A stretch of DNA of 64,000 nt from Takakia lepidozioides (taxonomy: Eukaryota; Plantae; Bryophyta): NCBI GenBank assembly GCA_030704615.1, contig CM060732.1, forward strand, positions 22,382,001 through 22,446,000. Direction: 5' to 3'. Under the pieces are notes generated by a model that made no database searches, had not been told where the DNA came from, and worked only from the letters and a program-made list of their open reading frames with translations. Shown in pieces: positions 1-13,674 of this stretch (the first letter of the stretch is position 1; each line of letters begins with the position of its first letter). A program made the translations under genes and the position numbers.

Positions 1-354
1 CACGTGATTGGTGAGGCATAGCAGCTTGCCATGAATTTATGGATTTAATATGTACAGTATATGGATCTCAAATTTGTAGGTCCGCCGTGATCGGATCATA
101 TGGGGATAAAAGTACTATACTGTACTAATTCCCTTCGAACAAATCATCTGATTTATGTATGTACAGCGCTCTGTGACCTTCCTCACACCATCATTGTCCG
201 GGCAAGGTCAAGGTCGCTTGGCCCAAGAAGAGTGTTACATCCCTACATGCTCTAGTCCGCCAGCACAGGTGAGAAGGTACCATCAACCCATCGCTCTCAA
301 ATTCTTCATTCCAAAAGCTGTCTAGATAAAGAGGAGAGTGGCCATGGTATTGAA

Positions 355-1787
355 CTAACTGCTCAATGGTAGCACCAAGCCCTCCATTGTCAGTCCTGGG
401 CCGATGCCAATGAGCAAACCCCAGTCCTTGCCCTCCCCAGTTGTGGCTGCACCTGCTCTCAGTGAGCGCTTCCGAACCTGATCCAGCACAAACAGAACAC
501 AAGCACTGCCCATATTGCCGTATGGTGGGCAGAATGTCTCGGCTGGCACTCAATTTTTCTGGCAACAAGCCCAATTGGTTCTCTATTGGTTGAGGATCGA
601 AACACCTCCGGGGGGTGGTGTACCGCCCAGAACAGATCGTTGCACTCTCTGGAACCTGCCACTCTCTTGCTTCGCTCACAAACTCATCAATGCTGTTGTT
701 GAAACCAGTTTGGGGATATCTGGGGTCAGGTGGTAGTACATGCCAGCCTCCATAAAGTGTCCGTCGATGGCTCCTTCACTGTTGGGCACATTCATTTCCC
801 CAGCCCATTGTATTTCGTACAACGGTCGCTCCAATTCAGGAATTGGGTCGGATCCTACAATGACTGCTGCTGCACCATCCCCGAACAATCCCTGCCCCAC
901 TAATCCATCCAGGTATTCCTCGCTGGGTGCTCGAAGAGAGAAGCTCGCAGTCACTTCGCTGCTGACTACAAGGACGCGAGCGCCCTTGTTGTTCTCTGCA
1001 AGGTCCTTGGCAACTCTCAAGGATGCAGCGCCTCCCCAGCAACCGGTCTGGTACATCATCACGCGCCTCACCTTTGGGGAGAGGCCCAGTGACTTTGCCA
1101 CAATAAGATCAACCCCGGGCATATTCACTACACTAGTAGTAGCCATCACAATGTGTGTGATCTCGGACTTGGGGCGACCCCACTCCTTGATGACCTTTTC
1201 GGCTGCCTCCTTGGCCAGCTTTGGAACCTACTCAATCAGTATGCTATGACCCACATTGAGAGAGGGCTCCAGATAGGTGCCCAAGACGGGATGCTCCTGG
1301 ATTAATTCCTTTGTCATAACCATGTGGCGCTTCTCGATTTGCATCTTCTCACCTGCCAAATGTAGACGCCATGGTCTCAGTACATGGTAACTCAGACAAT
1401 TTTATAATTTGTGCAACCAAGTTGTGGATCACATACAATGTGTGGACTGGAAAGGGACTCAAAGGACTGAGAATATTAGAGAAGTTTCAGTGTGTTCGAT
1501 TACTCTAGATACATACATTGTGCCCATTTCTGGAAATGATTAGTCGGTTTAAATGCATAAGATCGATACTCACAGATACGCTTAAACTTCGCTTTGAGCG
1601 CGGTCTTGTGGTTGCAGTTTGTAGCCTCGAAGTAGTAGTCGGCATACGTGCTCTGTTCGTGTACTGTTGGAGGATTTGCTGTGCCAATAGCCATCACTGT
1701 TGCTGGCCCTTCTGCCCGCGGCTGCGCCCTTCGCACCGTGCCATTAGCCATTTCCCGGCCATTGCTGATCTCCCCAATTGGTGCCAT
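355..1787 (-). CDS. Type III polyketide synthase (chalcone/stilbene synthase family), 2 exons (1787-1574, 1352-355), with several 1-bp frameshifts (pseudogene or assembly errors)
   Basis: Motifs [23 protein letters not shown] (catalytic Cys), GLFGDGA, FWAVH (His), YGNMGSAC (Asn) and [14 protein letters not shown] intron at 1573-1353 splits the conserved Cys codon, as in plant CHS genes. Confidence 0.93.
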
Positions 1788-2959
1788 TCTACCTGCGTTG
1801 TGTTTGAAACAGACTCAAAGCCAGATCTGTATTCAAGCCCGTGAGTTGACAAGCCTTAGATCGTTATAACAGCTCCGAACGCTGAAATCTTAAACTGCGG
1901 TTCAAACACTGGAAGCTGGGAGTAAGGCAGACTGAGATGGGCTCAATGAGGAGTGCTGTGGATTGCACAAACAAATGAAGACCTGAAGTATGTATGCCAA
2001 CACGTTTCTCTCTCTTGGACTAGAGATCCCATTTGGTGAGTGTTGACTGGGCAGTACAGAGCCGAGGATTGCAGAATTGGACTTGGACCACGATAGGCGG
2101 CTTTTGACTCCTCCATCACCCGCACACTGCAGGTGCCAGGTTGCTTCTTTCACATTACACGCTCCTCTGGGATGCACACCTGCGGATGGAGCAGGTCAAC
2201 AGCTCCATGCTTCCTTGGCTTGAAATGGCACGTGCTGGGGTGGAAATGTTCAAAGCGCTGGTCACAAAATGCAAGAGTCTGTAGTCAGCCTCATTCCCCC
2301 ACCACGCATCTGCACGGGCAGACAATCTCTATTTTCCTATTCAACTTTTCTATTTCTCTATTCTCTACTCTGAAGCTAGCCTGGCCAAGTTCCATTTCGG
2401 GCTCTTGAATCCCTGGCAAATCGAAGTTAGCTGGTAACACAGTTATGGAAGGCTCCTGGAAAATTCCGGTGAGGGTAGGGTGAAATTTGAAGGAAGCTGG
2501 AATGGATGGAATCCGCAATTGACAAGAGCGGTTCCACTCCTTAATCCATATTTCAGCCGCAAGTTCCCCACGGTCAAGTTAGCATCCAACCATCCAAATG
2601 CTATTACTCAGAAACTTTGAGGGAATTACCCTCAATCTAGTACCATAAAATTGCAGAAATCTACTTGGAAATCATGTCGACTAGATTATAAAGGGAAACA
2701 CGCCTGAAATGGATTACAGACTAGGCAATGGGGAGCCCATTACGGGAGGGATGTTCACTGAGCACCTCACTTCATGGATGAGAGGAAAATTAGGTTCATG
2801 GATGAAGGTTGACTCATGCGTCGACCTACCTACCTACCGCAGCATGGAGTGTGGTCCAAAAGGATGGTCCTTGGGGAGCCTGTCTCCAAGGGACTTCAAA
2901 GCCCCCAATACCCATACATTAGGTGTCCGATTAACCCAATGACCGCTCTTGATGGACAT

Positions 2960-3412
2960 ACATTCTAGCAACGACAGCACAAGAGGGAAGACGTCCATGA
3001 GCTTCGGGCCGCTTATCGACAACAACTTACGAATAGCCTTGTCCAATTCTTTGGTGGTGGATTCATCAAAATAAGAGTTGTTTCCGAACACCATGTGCAT
3101 CAGACGGTTCAACATACTCAAGCGAAGGTTCGAAACTAGAGGCACTACACCCGCATTGTCTGCCGCCTTCGCTGTCAGTCTCTGCAACAATCCGTCAACA
3201 ACCTCCTCCCGCACCGGTCTCCATGACAACACTTTGGACGTATTCAGCACATTTGTTACCAGCAGTCGCCGCATTGCACGCCAATATGGGCCATAGGTTG
3301 CAGACCACAGGGTGGTGTACCCATAGGTCAGGCTACGTCGAGACGGCACGCACAGCCGGTTAGCAAAGGGTGAGCCTTGTACAATGAGAGCATGACCAGC
3401 AGTGGCAGACAC
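2960..3412 (-). pseudogene. Cytochrome P450 internal fragment (CYP77/CYP89-like)
   Basis: HALIVQGSPFANR...SATYGPYWRAMRR contains the C-helix WxxxR motif. No N-terminus, ExxR or heme motif is present. Confidence 0.7.
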
Positions 3413-3948
3413 GCCAACGGCATTATACTAGCCCATTTTTGGCCCGGAGCCCATATAGTAGTGTGGCAGCTGGTGTGAAGGCCATGGCAGCCTCCCACGG
3501 CAAAACCCGCCCCTCCCGCTGGACGCACGGCTGAAGGCAAGTTCACACGACGTAAATCCGTCCGTCCCGTCCAGCCATAGTGGCGGGCCCTCCGCACGCA
3601 TGAAGGGGGACGGACGGGACGGACGGTGCAACATGTTCACACTTGATATGCACCTGTGAGGCAACATTGAGTTTAGCCACGCCCAAGCAAGGGATTTTGC
3701 CTCTGTTTTTGTGAGAGCTCTGCTCGTACTATGTGATACACTTATGAGAGTTATGCAGGTACTAGGAGTACAAGCTTATGAGAGTTATACTGGAGAGTAC
3801 TAAGTGTACAGCTGTTTATGACAGTTAGTACTAGGTGTACTGATGCATATTTATTGATTTTTTGGTTAATCTTTGGCTCAGATGTGGGTGAAGATGAGCT
3901 TGGAGGGTTTTTCTTCTTTTACTCTGTTTACATGCTGTATTTGCTGCC

Positions 3949-5118
3949 ATGGCTTGCAAGACTTTGGAGAGAAAGAAAAAAGAGACGGAGATGCACCAAG
4001 CTTGGTGGAAACTACCCAGACAATATGTTTTGTGGGAGACCATCCATTGTCGAATTTGGCCAGAGCTTGGAGATGGCATGCTCGATTCACGGTGGAAAAA
4101 AGAATACCGTATGACTCTTATCAACTTCTTGAAAGTGGTGAGCCTGTTGACACCGCTCATTGAAAACAAATCACTACCATGAAACCCCTCTTCACCCACC
4201 CTAAACACGCTGTAACCGTTGTTTTGATTAGACTCGCACACAACTTGCCAGTGAGAAAAGTGGCCGATCTATGGGTGTAGGACCATCAACTGTGACTGAT
4301 TACACAAAACTTATTACTGTTGTTCTTGCAACACACTTGTACCATCAATTCATATTTTTGCCGACCAAAGAATATTTAGAGGACATCATTGCACGTTTTG
4401 AGAACTTAAGAGGAGTTCGTAATATGTGGGGAGCAATTGATGGATCCCAAATTCCTTTGTGGCGACAACCAGACGTGAAGTATGTGCCCGCCGATTATTT
4501 TTGTCATAAAGGCGGGTTCTCTATATCGATGCAAGGTTGTATGTAATGACCACAACAGACGCTTTTTGGATGTGTGTGTGTGAATCGACGGTGGTGGAAC
4601 GCATATGATGCCACACATTTTAGATGCAGTTCGTTGTTGTGGCAAAAATTGAGAACTGGAGTAATCATGAAAGAACGCTCCTTAGAGCCGGTGACGCAGA
4701 ATGGCCTCCTTTTCTTGTGGGGGATGCGGCATAACCAATTCGAACGTGGTGTCAAAAACCTCATCATGCAAAGGCCATTGGCACAGGTGACCAGAATGGA
4801 TATGACAAATGTCTACGAAAATGAAGGGTTAAAATCGAGAATGCTTATGGCATGTAAAAAAACAAGTGGAGGATATTGCAGAAATTAAACGTTGCAGTAC
4901 CGTATGCACCACAAACGATTGTGGCATGTTGCATATTGCACAATTTTGCCATCGATAATGGGGAGGTGTGGGAGGAGGAGAATTGCCACATGACCCTTAG
5001 AACAATGACAACAATCCTAATGTGCCTCCGCCTGCTATTGTTCCGGGGAAAAAACGGGCGAGCGTGTAGGCACTGCCATGCGACAAGATTGTTCCAGCAA
5101 TGGTTAGAGAATAGATGA
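3949..5118 (+). pseudogene. Harbinger DDE nuclease/transposase (HARBI1-like), frameshifted
   Basis: Motifs GVGPSTV, WGAIDGSQIP, LVGDAA, RVKIENAYG and IVACCILHNF are spread over several frames. Confidence 0.88.
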
Positions 5119-5796
5119 TGAACCAATGTAACCAAGGCATGGTGCAAAATTTGCACATGCACACAGCAATAAATTGGGTGCACAATTATGGTCATAGAAT
5201 TGCAAGAGGATTGCAAGGGCATGTCTATAATGATTGTAAGCATGTAAATAAGAGGAATCTAAGAACAGATCATTGTAAGCATGTAAACCTGGATATTCTA
5301 ATGTAGAGGGGTAGAATTCTAAATTGAACTCTAGGCTGTAAAGTTTGTAAGACTGAAAGCATAATAAGCATGAACATAAGAGAGGTTGTAAGGGTAAACA
5401 AGAGCAGAGAGGACAGAAGAGCATAATAAGATTAATGATTGCAAGAGGACTTTACAAGCAGAAAATAAGAGCAAAAGGCTCAAGCATGAACATAAGAGAA
5501 TACACAACCCAATTAAACATACACATGAGAGGGTTGTAAAGACCATAATGATTCTGCATCTATGACTGTAAGGACTGCTAGTAATATAAGGACTATAAGT
5601 ACTGTAAGGACTGTAAGAATTATAATTATGACTCTAAACGACTCTGGTACAAATGTGTGATGTGATTGTACAAAGACGTGGTTCCAATTGAAATCATTTA
5701 TTTGCTTGCACATAATAGTGAGGACCATTGAACAATGAAGGCAACAATGCACTCTTTTAAATCATAAGCAAATAAACTACTTTGGAGGCCCTATGG

Positions 5797-6621
5797 CTAT
5801 TCAGGAGGAGTGGGAGGTGTAGAGGATTGTCCACCTAAAGCCTTTGCCATTTCAAGTTGCATGGTAAGGCGGAATTTCTCCATTTTCGCAGTTTGACGCA
5901 TCCTCTCCACCTCTGTTTTGTGATAGAATTCACCAAATTTGACCATAGCACCAGCAAGGGATTTTGCGGCATTGGGGCTGCCACTGGAGCTCCGCCTTCT
6001 TTTTTTGGTCTTGTTGTTTGGTTTACCAGCCACCCCGGCATGGGCAACTCCTACTGATCGTGGGGTGGTGGGGGTGGTCGGAATATTGACAGGACTTGCC
6101 TCCTCCAAATTAATGCATTCCACATTTGCATCGATATTTATTCCATCATCCTGTGTGCACCTCGGATTACCTCCATCATCCTGTGTGCAGTACCTCGGCG
6201 TGTTTGGCACATCATTATCATCAACATGCCCTTCGAAAGCTTATGGCATAGTCCACTTGGTGTTTAGTCCCTCGCCATCGTCAATAGCACCCGGCACACC
6301 ACCTATTTTCGGATTTGTAGCAAAAATTTGTTCCATGTTCGAAAAGTATGGCCATTTAGAAGGCACTGCTCCTGTGGAAGTGCACTTGTCCCTCTCCTCA
6401 CGATAACGTCTCTTCAAGTTGTCAATCTTTCCTTTCAATTGTTTGGCAGTTTTCTCCGGAGTACCTGGATGTCTGACCACATTCACGCTATCGAGAATGG
6501 CAGCCCAATCTGATGGCCTGAAATTTCCTTTTTTAATGTGCACATACCGTTCTTCATAAGCCTCCAACAAACCATACGTCTCCTCCACGGTCCACCCGAC
6601 TTGCTCCCTTGGACCTTTCAT
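5797..6621 (-). pseudogene. Harbinger Myb/SANT (trihelix) DNA-binding protein, split between two frames near 6240
   Basis: WTVEETYGLLEAY...DWAAI...KTAKQLKGKIDNLKRRYREE...KWPYFSNMEQI, followed by a C-terminal coiled-coil-like segment. Confidence 0.85.
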
Positions 6622-7063
6622 TGCAAAGACGAAGGCACCGCGCGTGAAAGCACCCTAAACCCTACGCAAGAGCAAAAGAAGCTCTCACCAAGAGACCTCC
6701 GGCTAAACCCTACACACAGGTTTAGCCATGAATAGCCACGGGGAAGGAACGGGGGGATGGCACGGACAGCGGGAAGTACCTACGGTGGCCAGGCCGTCCG
6801 TCTCCTCCTCACCCTCGCGTTCCTCGAGGGTGGACCCCGCCCCGCTGCAGCGCCACGTCCCATCGGGACGTATAAGTAAATTATTTTTGTCAAATCATTA
6901 CCCTCCGGATATGGATAAAGGTACGGATAGTTTCCAGGTATGGATAATTATTTAAATCAATATGCAATTTAATGGTTTTTTAAATTGTGATGTGTTCCAA
7001 TTCAAAACAAAAGAAACAATCTATGGTAAAAGAGAAAATTGATGAGATACTGCATAATATTTG

Positions 7064-7140
7064 GGAGGTTTACTATTTCATGAGCAGAAACCATGAGCCA
7101 TGAGCCATGAGCCGCATGAGCCGCATGAGCGGTGAGCCGA
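7064..7140 (+). repeat. Left TIR with tandem CATGAGC subterminal repeats
   Basis: ggaggtttactatttcatgagc followed by about 6 CATGAGC units. Confidence 0.85.
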
Positions 7141-7901
7141 AGTCTAAGATACGCGGATTTCATGAGCGGACTCCTCCAAATTTGGAAATGCGGCAGATTA
7201 AACAAGTATTAAAATAATAGTTTTTTATTTGACCTTGCCGTTTTTGGACGTTCCAGATCATGTAATGCGGCGAAGATATGTCGTCAGTAACAAGTCCGCT
7301 CATGGTTTTTTAGATCCGCTCATGGAAATAAGTGACCGTGCAACGGGAAATCCAGTATACCACTGCAAAAGGACGTCGCATACTGGCCTGTATAGAGTAT
7401 TCCGCGGTTTTCCATGCCTTAACATTGGAATGAAGCTGACCCTTTTGCCGCGATTGAACCAATGGAGTCTGCACCAATACAGTCTGCAATACTTCACAAT
7501 TCTGTCTTCTTCGGTATTCGGCGGGAAAGGTTTGCAACTGAACTGGGAAATAGGGTGGCCGCATTAGGGTTCGCACGTGCGAAATTTCGGAGCGGGTTGG
7601 TGTTGGCGAAGGCCGCCTCTGGGGTACCTACGACGATACTTGGAAATTCGGCGCCGCATTCCTTGTCGGAGGTCGAATGAGGAAAGCAAGTTTTCGGAAA
7701 GCAGAAACATGAACCCTCCCTCCAACATACAAAATACAACAAGTGAACGATATAGTATATCTTAGTTCGAGCAAACAGGTTACTGGTAGGCAAGACATAT
7801 GTCGGACCTTTCTGTGGCCAGAGTCTGAGGTACTGGCAGCAGTACAGTTCTACTATCCGAAAAGGATGGGCGTACCATTGTATGTGGACCGCAAGCCAAG
7901 C

Positions 7902-8349
7902 TCACTGGTCCCCTGGATCCATATTCAGAAGAGTGTGAACCTCCTGGGGGCTCAACCCTGGTGCATGTATGAAGTGATGAGTTGTGGAATTACAACGGAG
8001 TCTCTTTAGGTACACGTAGTACAAATGCTTGCAAGGGCAGTATGATGCCCCCTTGTTCGCCATGATCTGGAAGTCGGTGCAATTGCAGGTGGGTAATTCT
8101 GAAATGGTGATGGTGTACACCTCATTGCGAACAGCTGAGCCCAGCCCGCCGTGGCCATTTGATACACACGCCCGAATCCTGGTGGGGCACTTCTGTCGAG
8201 CTCTGGATTGTACAGTTCATCCGAAGTGCATTCCCCATCCTTGTCTCGTTCACTTTTGAGGGAGGTCGCCGCCTCTTCGGTTTCCCCAACGGTGTGTAGG
8301 ATGCTTAGAACTGTCGTGTCCCATTGTTCTTGCTCTCACAGGGGTCGGT
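7902..8349 (-). CDS. C-terminal part of the MULE transposase with a SWIM zinc finger
   Basis: YTITISELPTCNCTDF...PCKHLYYVY (CxC...CxH). Contiguous with the 15270-16240 segment in the uninterrupted copy at 41540-42728. Confidence 0.85.
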
Positions 8350-9070
8350 TGTCGCGGCCCTTTGCCTTGAGGGCAGGGGGTCGGGACACATGAGGGGCTG
8401 CCCCTGTGGTGGGGGCAGCGGCAGCGATAGGTATGGGGGGCTGAAGCACCCTTGAGTGCCCAAGGCACTCAAGGAGGCGGAGGCGCTCACTAGGTGGAGC
8501 CCCGCACACCGGGTTGCGGTGGAGGTGGCTCCACAAGGGGTGGTGGTAGCTTAGTGGGACTTAGTGGGGTGGCATAGGACTCACCATGGGGTGGAGACCT
8601 CGAGGTGGGAGTCGTGGGGAGTCTTGGGACTCATCACGGTCCATTGGGGCCGCGGTGAGTGGGCCAAGACTCACCGCGACTCACCACCGGGAGTCGAGGG
8701 TTTTCGTGGTGGTTCGCCATAAAATGGCATGGCTGGTTATGAAACCCCGCGGACAGCTACAGAAGTATATATAGGGAGTAGTAACCCCGAGAACGGTGCA
8801 AGCCCGTTGGTGACCAAAAACTAGTGAGTAAGCGAGCGAGCCGGAAAGCGACCAAAGAGTGGGGAGCTGTTCCGGACTGCCATCTACCAAAGGGAATTCT
8901 CCTAGTCCCAAATAGGTGGAGGGTTTAGAGGGAAGCGGAAGGGGACCGTTATGTCCCGGTGAGCAGCCGAAACTCCAAGTTGGCCCGGGGGCCAGGTTGG
9001 GAGTCAGGCGCGCGCATCAAAGCGAGTAACTATGACTTGAAGGGAGTTTACCGAACTGAGGTGTGCGACA
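8350..9070 (+). repeat. 5' LTR
   Basis: Begins TGTCGC and ends GCGACA; repeated from 14571. Confidence 0.95.
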
Positions 9071-9072
9071 CT

Positions 9073-9084
9073 TGGTATCAGAGC
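9073..9084 (+). promoter_or_regulatory. Primer binding site (initiator tRNA-Met)
   Basis: TGGTATCAGAGC lies 2 nt after the LTR end. Confidence 0.93.
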
Positions 9085-9125
9085 TTAGAGTTCAGTACGC
9101 GATCGTCCTTGGGATTGGCCTCATC

Positions 9126-12100
9126 ATGGGGTCGGGCAAGCCGAAGCGAAAGCGGAACGGCCCAAAAGATGATGATCCCGGTGAGCCCGATGGGGGCGAC
9201 GTGTCACCGAGGCGGCCGTTTGAGGAAGCGATTAATGTTTCCGAAAACGAGGCCGCTCAGGAGCGGGAGGAATCCGAGGAGTCGGAGCCCGAGGAATCTT
9301 TGAGAGCTCCGACAAACCAAGAGATGCCTCCCATGCCGGCAGCCTTTTGGGAAGGGTTGTTGGCGCAGTTTGGCGGGACGTTGAAAGACGTGTTGAAGGC
9401 GGCTAATGCCACTTCCACCAAGGCAAAGTTTAAGGTGAAGCCTAAGGAACCCGGCACCTTCGAGGGCGTTCGAAACCGGAAGGCACTCAACACCTGGCTC
9501 CTGGAGCTAGAGCAGTACTTCCGGGCGGCCAAGTTGAGTGACGAGGATCGGGTGGAAGTGGCTCCCACCTATTTGAGGGCTATGCTCAACAATGGTGGCA
9601 GAAACGCCTTCACGACCGAGGCCCAAGCCCGGAAACCTTGAACTGGAGTGAGTTCAAGGAATTGATGAAGAGACAGTTTGTGCCCCTCAACGCATCCTGG
9701 CTTGCCCGGGACAAGATGAGGAATTTGAAGCAAACAGATGACATTCGGGGTATGTCCAGGCTTTCAATGTGCTGTTGCTCGAAGTCGCGGACATGGCAGA
9801 ACCAGAAATGGTCTTCAACTTTGTGGCGGGACTGGCCCCATGGGCTAGGCGGAAGTTGGAGGAGAAGCCACCCAAGACTTTGAACGAGGCAATTGAGAGA
9901 GCTGAATGTTTCTCGGATGTCCCTAGGGGTGAGAGACAAGGCCGTACGGAGCTGAACCACAAGAAGACCCGGCGGGAAGGTGACTCCTCCCGACCGGAAA
10001 AGAAGTGGGATAGGCCACGCGGCGAAAATGGCACGTGGAAATCGAAGGGAGGTCCTTCACACGTCAAGGCGGCACCCGGTGCTTCGAAAGGAAAAGCGGG
10101 TGGAGCGACTTATGGCGGACAGAAGGCGACCTTTGATGGAGTGTGTTTCAATTGCGGGGAGCCCGGGCACATGGCCAAGAAGTGCACGAAGCCCCGGCAA
10201 TTGAACATGACTCGGGCGACCACGGAGCTGTCGGAAGATACCATCAGTCGCTTGGTGGAAGCGGTGGTCGCCAGGACTTGCAAGGTAGGCAAATTTTTCT
10301 TGTGAGTTGTATCAGGAAACTGGCGCCTTACGAAAAGGGAGTCAGTTATTGTTCGTGGATGGGATAATATCCGGAACTAATGTGTCGTTGTTGGTGGACA
10401 CAGGAGCGTCGCACTCCTTCATGACGCCGGCGGCGGCGCGAAAGTTGGGACTCCCGACAAGTGACGTGGGGGCCTCTATTGAGGTGCGCTCTGCCAAAGG
10501 AGAACCTCAGTTGGCGACAAGGTTGGCGTTTGATGTTCCTCTTCAACTGGGGAGTTGGGAGGGACGTGAGAACTTCACTATCTGCGAGATCGATGGAGTG
10601 GATCTCATTTTGGGAATGACCTTTTTGAGCAAATCCGGAGCGGTCATAGATGGCCGCAAGAGAGTAGTCACGCTGCCATGTGGGAATGGTGGCGAGGTTT
10701 TACGAGTGTCGGAAACGCCCAAATCCGTGGGAGGGCGAATAAACCTTCTATCAGCAAAGGAGGGGCCGTGGAGGAGACACACGAGTCCCAGTTTTTGCTT
10801 TACATTAGAGAAGTGAAAGGAGAAGGCGATGGGGAGCCGAGCCCAGATTGGATCAAGGGGATTTTGGAGAAATACCAGGATGTGATGCCGGAGGATTTAC
10901 CAAGCGGCTTGCCACCGCGAAGAGGAGTTGACCACAAAATTGAGGTGATACCGGGATCGGAACCGCCTGCCAAGGCGCCCTACCGGTTGAGCCACAAAGA
11001 GTTGGTCGAGCTGAAGACTCAGCTCAAAGATCTAATGTCAAAGGGGTACATCCGGCCGAGTAAGTCACCTTACGGAGCCCCGGTGCTATTTGCAGACAAG
11101 AAGGATGGGACGCTGCGGATGTGTGTCGATTACAGGGCTCTGAATAAGGTGACTATCAAAAACCGGTACCCTTTGCCAAGGATCGACGACCTCTTCGATC
11201 GGTTGGCAGGAGCGAAGTATTTCAGCCGGATCGACTTGCGCCGGCTATCACCAAATTCGGGTGGCGGAAGGAGATGAGGAGAAGACCGCGTGCAGGACAA
11301 GGTATGGTTCATATGAGTTCTTGGTGATGCCTTTTGGGCTCACCAATGCACCAGCGACATTTAGCACGCTGATGAACAGCCTTTTCCAGGAGTGGTTGGA
11401 TGACTTTGTGATCGTGTACATCGACGACATCTTGGTGTACTCGAAAACAAAGGAGGAGCACCTGGAGCACCTCAAAAGGGTGTTCCAAAAATTGCGAGAA
11501 GGGAAGCTGTATGCCAAAGCTTCAAAGTGCGAATTCGGGTCACAAAAGTGGAGTTCTTGGGGCACGTGATTACACAGGATGGGATCAAAATGGATGACAG
11601 AAAGGTGAGGGCGATCTTGGACTGGGAGCCTCCGACTTCGGTCCCGGGAGTGCGATCCTTCCTAGGACTCGCCTCCTATTACCGGAAGTATGTGAGAAAT
11701 TTCGCCAAGATCGCGGGGCCGCTGTCGGACCTTCTGTGTAAATCCAAAGTCTGGGTATGGAACACATTTTTGTGGCCAAGCTTTTGCTGAATTGAAGCAG
11801 CGGATGACGGAAGCTCCAGTCTTAAAAATCCCGGAGTTCGATCGTCCGTTTGAGATTCATACAGATGCATCGGACTTCGCAATTGGGGGTGTACTTATGC
11901 AAGATGGACGTCCAGTGGCTTACGAAAGTAAGAAACTGAATGAAGTGGAGCGACGGTGGCCGACGCACGAAAAAGAGATGAAGGCGGTGGTACATTGCCT
12001 TGAACTCTGGCGCCACTATGTTGGTTCCAACCCAGTGAAGGTGTTCACGGACAATGTCACGGTGAAGTATTTTGCCACGCAGCCCAAGTTGTCCCCAAAA

Positions 12101-13674
12101 CAACTTAGGTGGCAAGATACTTTGGCAGTGTTCGACGTGGATATCCAGTACAAACCGGGACGGGACAATGTGGTGGCCGATGCTTTAAGTAGAAAGCAGC
12201 AGCTCTTGTTGGTGTACAAGGGCGAGACGGCGCTCCAAAGGAAGATCCGGAAGGCTTGCCGGAAGGATGAGCTGGCAAAGTGCGTGATGCAGAACTTGAG
12301 AATGGGGGTTAAATCGCAGTTCCACTTGCAAAACGGACTGCTCCGGTATAAGCAAAAACGTCTCTATGTGCCAAAGGGAGGGATCAGGGATAGTCTCTTG
12401 AGAGAATGCCATGATAGCCCGCTTGCGGGCCACGGTGGAGCCAAGCGCACTGCGGCACTCTTGAAGAAAGAGTATTTCTGGCCCAAACTGAGGGAGGAGG
12501 CAGAGGAGTATGTAAAGACATGCACCACATGCCAACAAAACCGGAGCGAGTATAAAAAGCAAGCGGGGCTGTTACAACCCTTGCCGATTCCAGAGGGGAC
12601 TTGGGAAAGCGTCTCGATGGATTTCATGACTGCTATGCCGCTGTCAAAAGGATTCGATGCAATCATGGTGGTGGTAGATAGGTTCAGTAAAATGGCCCAT
12701 TTCATCCCCACCAAGGAGACGGCAACTGCGCAGGAGACAGGGCGACTTTACTTCGCCCACGTCTTAAAGCATCATGGAGTCCCGAAGGATATTGTCTCGG
12801 ACCGCGACCCAAAGTTTACGAGTAAATTCTGGAGAGCACTTTGGAAGAAGATGGGGACGAGGCTGAAGAGCACCGCCTTCCGACCTACGACGGAAACGGA
12901 AAGAGTGAATTCCGTAGTGAAGCAATTCTTGCGGAATTACGTGTCGGCAGACCAATCAGACTGGATGGAACACTTAGACGCGGCAGAGTTCTGTTATAAT
13001 AACACAGAACACTCCGCGACGGGAGTTTCCCCTTTTGTGTTGGTCTATGGAAAAGCACCTCTGGTGCCGACAAGTTGGGCCGCCCAGGACGTTGAGGAAC
13101 CGGCAGTAGCGGCGGTACTGGAAGAACGCGAGCGTTTGTTGAAGCTCGCAAAGTACAACATTGCCAAAGCTAGGAAACGGTATGAAAGGCAGGCGAATCG
13201 GAAGCGGAGGGAAGTGAAGTTTGAGGCAGGCACAGAGGTCTGGTTGAACATCAAGAATTTTCGACTACCTCCGGAAATGAGTCCGAAGTTCGTACCTCCG
13301 TATGCGGGTCCCTTTCGCATTCGGAGGGTTATGAATGAGGATGTGTATGAATTGGAGCTGCCAGCAAACAGCAAGGTGCACCCAGTATTCCATGTCTCCC
13401 TTTTGAAGCCTTACTTCAAAGATGAAGCACGTCCGAATCGGCAGCAAGTGTTGCGTCCGCCACCTATGCTGTTGGATCATGAAAATGAACCCGAGTACGA
13501 GGTGGAGGCAATACTTAGTCGAGGAGGTTCAAGAACCGAGAAACGGAGTATCTCGTCAAATGGAAGGGCTATCATCTTGTGGAGGCATCTTGGGTGCGTG
13601 CCTCAGAAATGGGAAACGCATCCGAGGCAGTTGCAGCGTTCGAAGGGCGACCTCAAAAGCGGAAGAAGCGTTGA
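9126..13674 (+). CDS. gag-pol polyprotein, frameshifted: gag, zinc knuckle, protease, RT, RNase H, integrase, chromodomain
   Basis: [42 protein letters not shown]...CTTC, SDRDPKF, YEVEAIL...EYLVKWKGY...ASW. Confidence 0.95.

Larger units (their letters stand above)
3860..6700. mobile_element. PIF/Harbinger DNA transposon, degenerate, ends not defined
   Basis: Convergent pair of a HARBI1-like nuclease and a Myb/SANT-like gene, the diagnostic Harbinger arrangement. Confidence 0.85.

Noticed and set aside
3420-6880. Harbinger TIRs and TAA/TTA target duplication
   Set aside because: Only a weak TTATAC...GTATAA match was found, not enough to call the ends.
7300-7497. Small ORF conserved in both MULE copies (also 43205-43474)
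   Set aside because: Conservation is explained by recent DNA-level homology; it has a GTG start and no motif.
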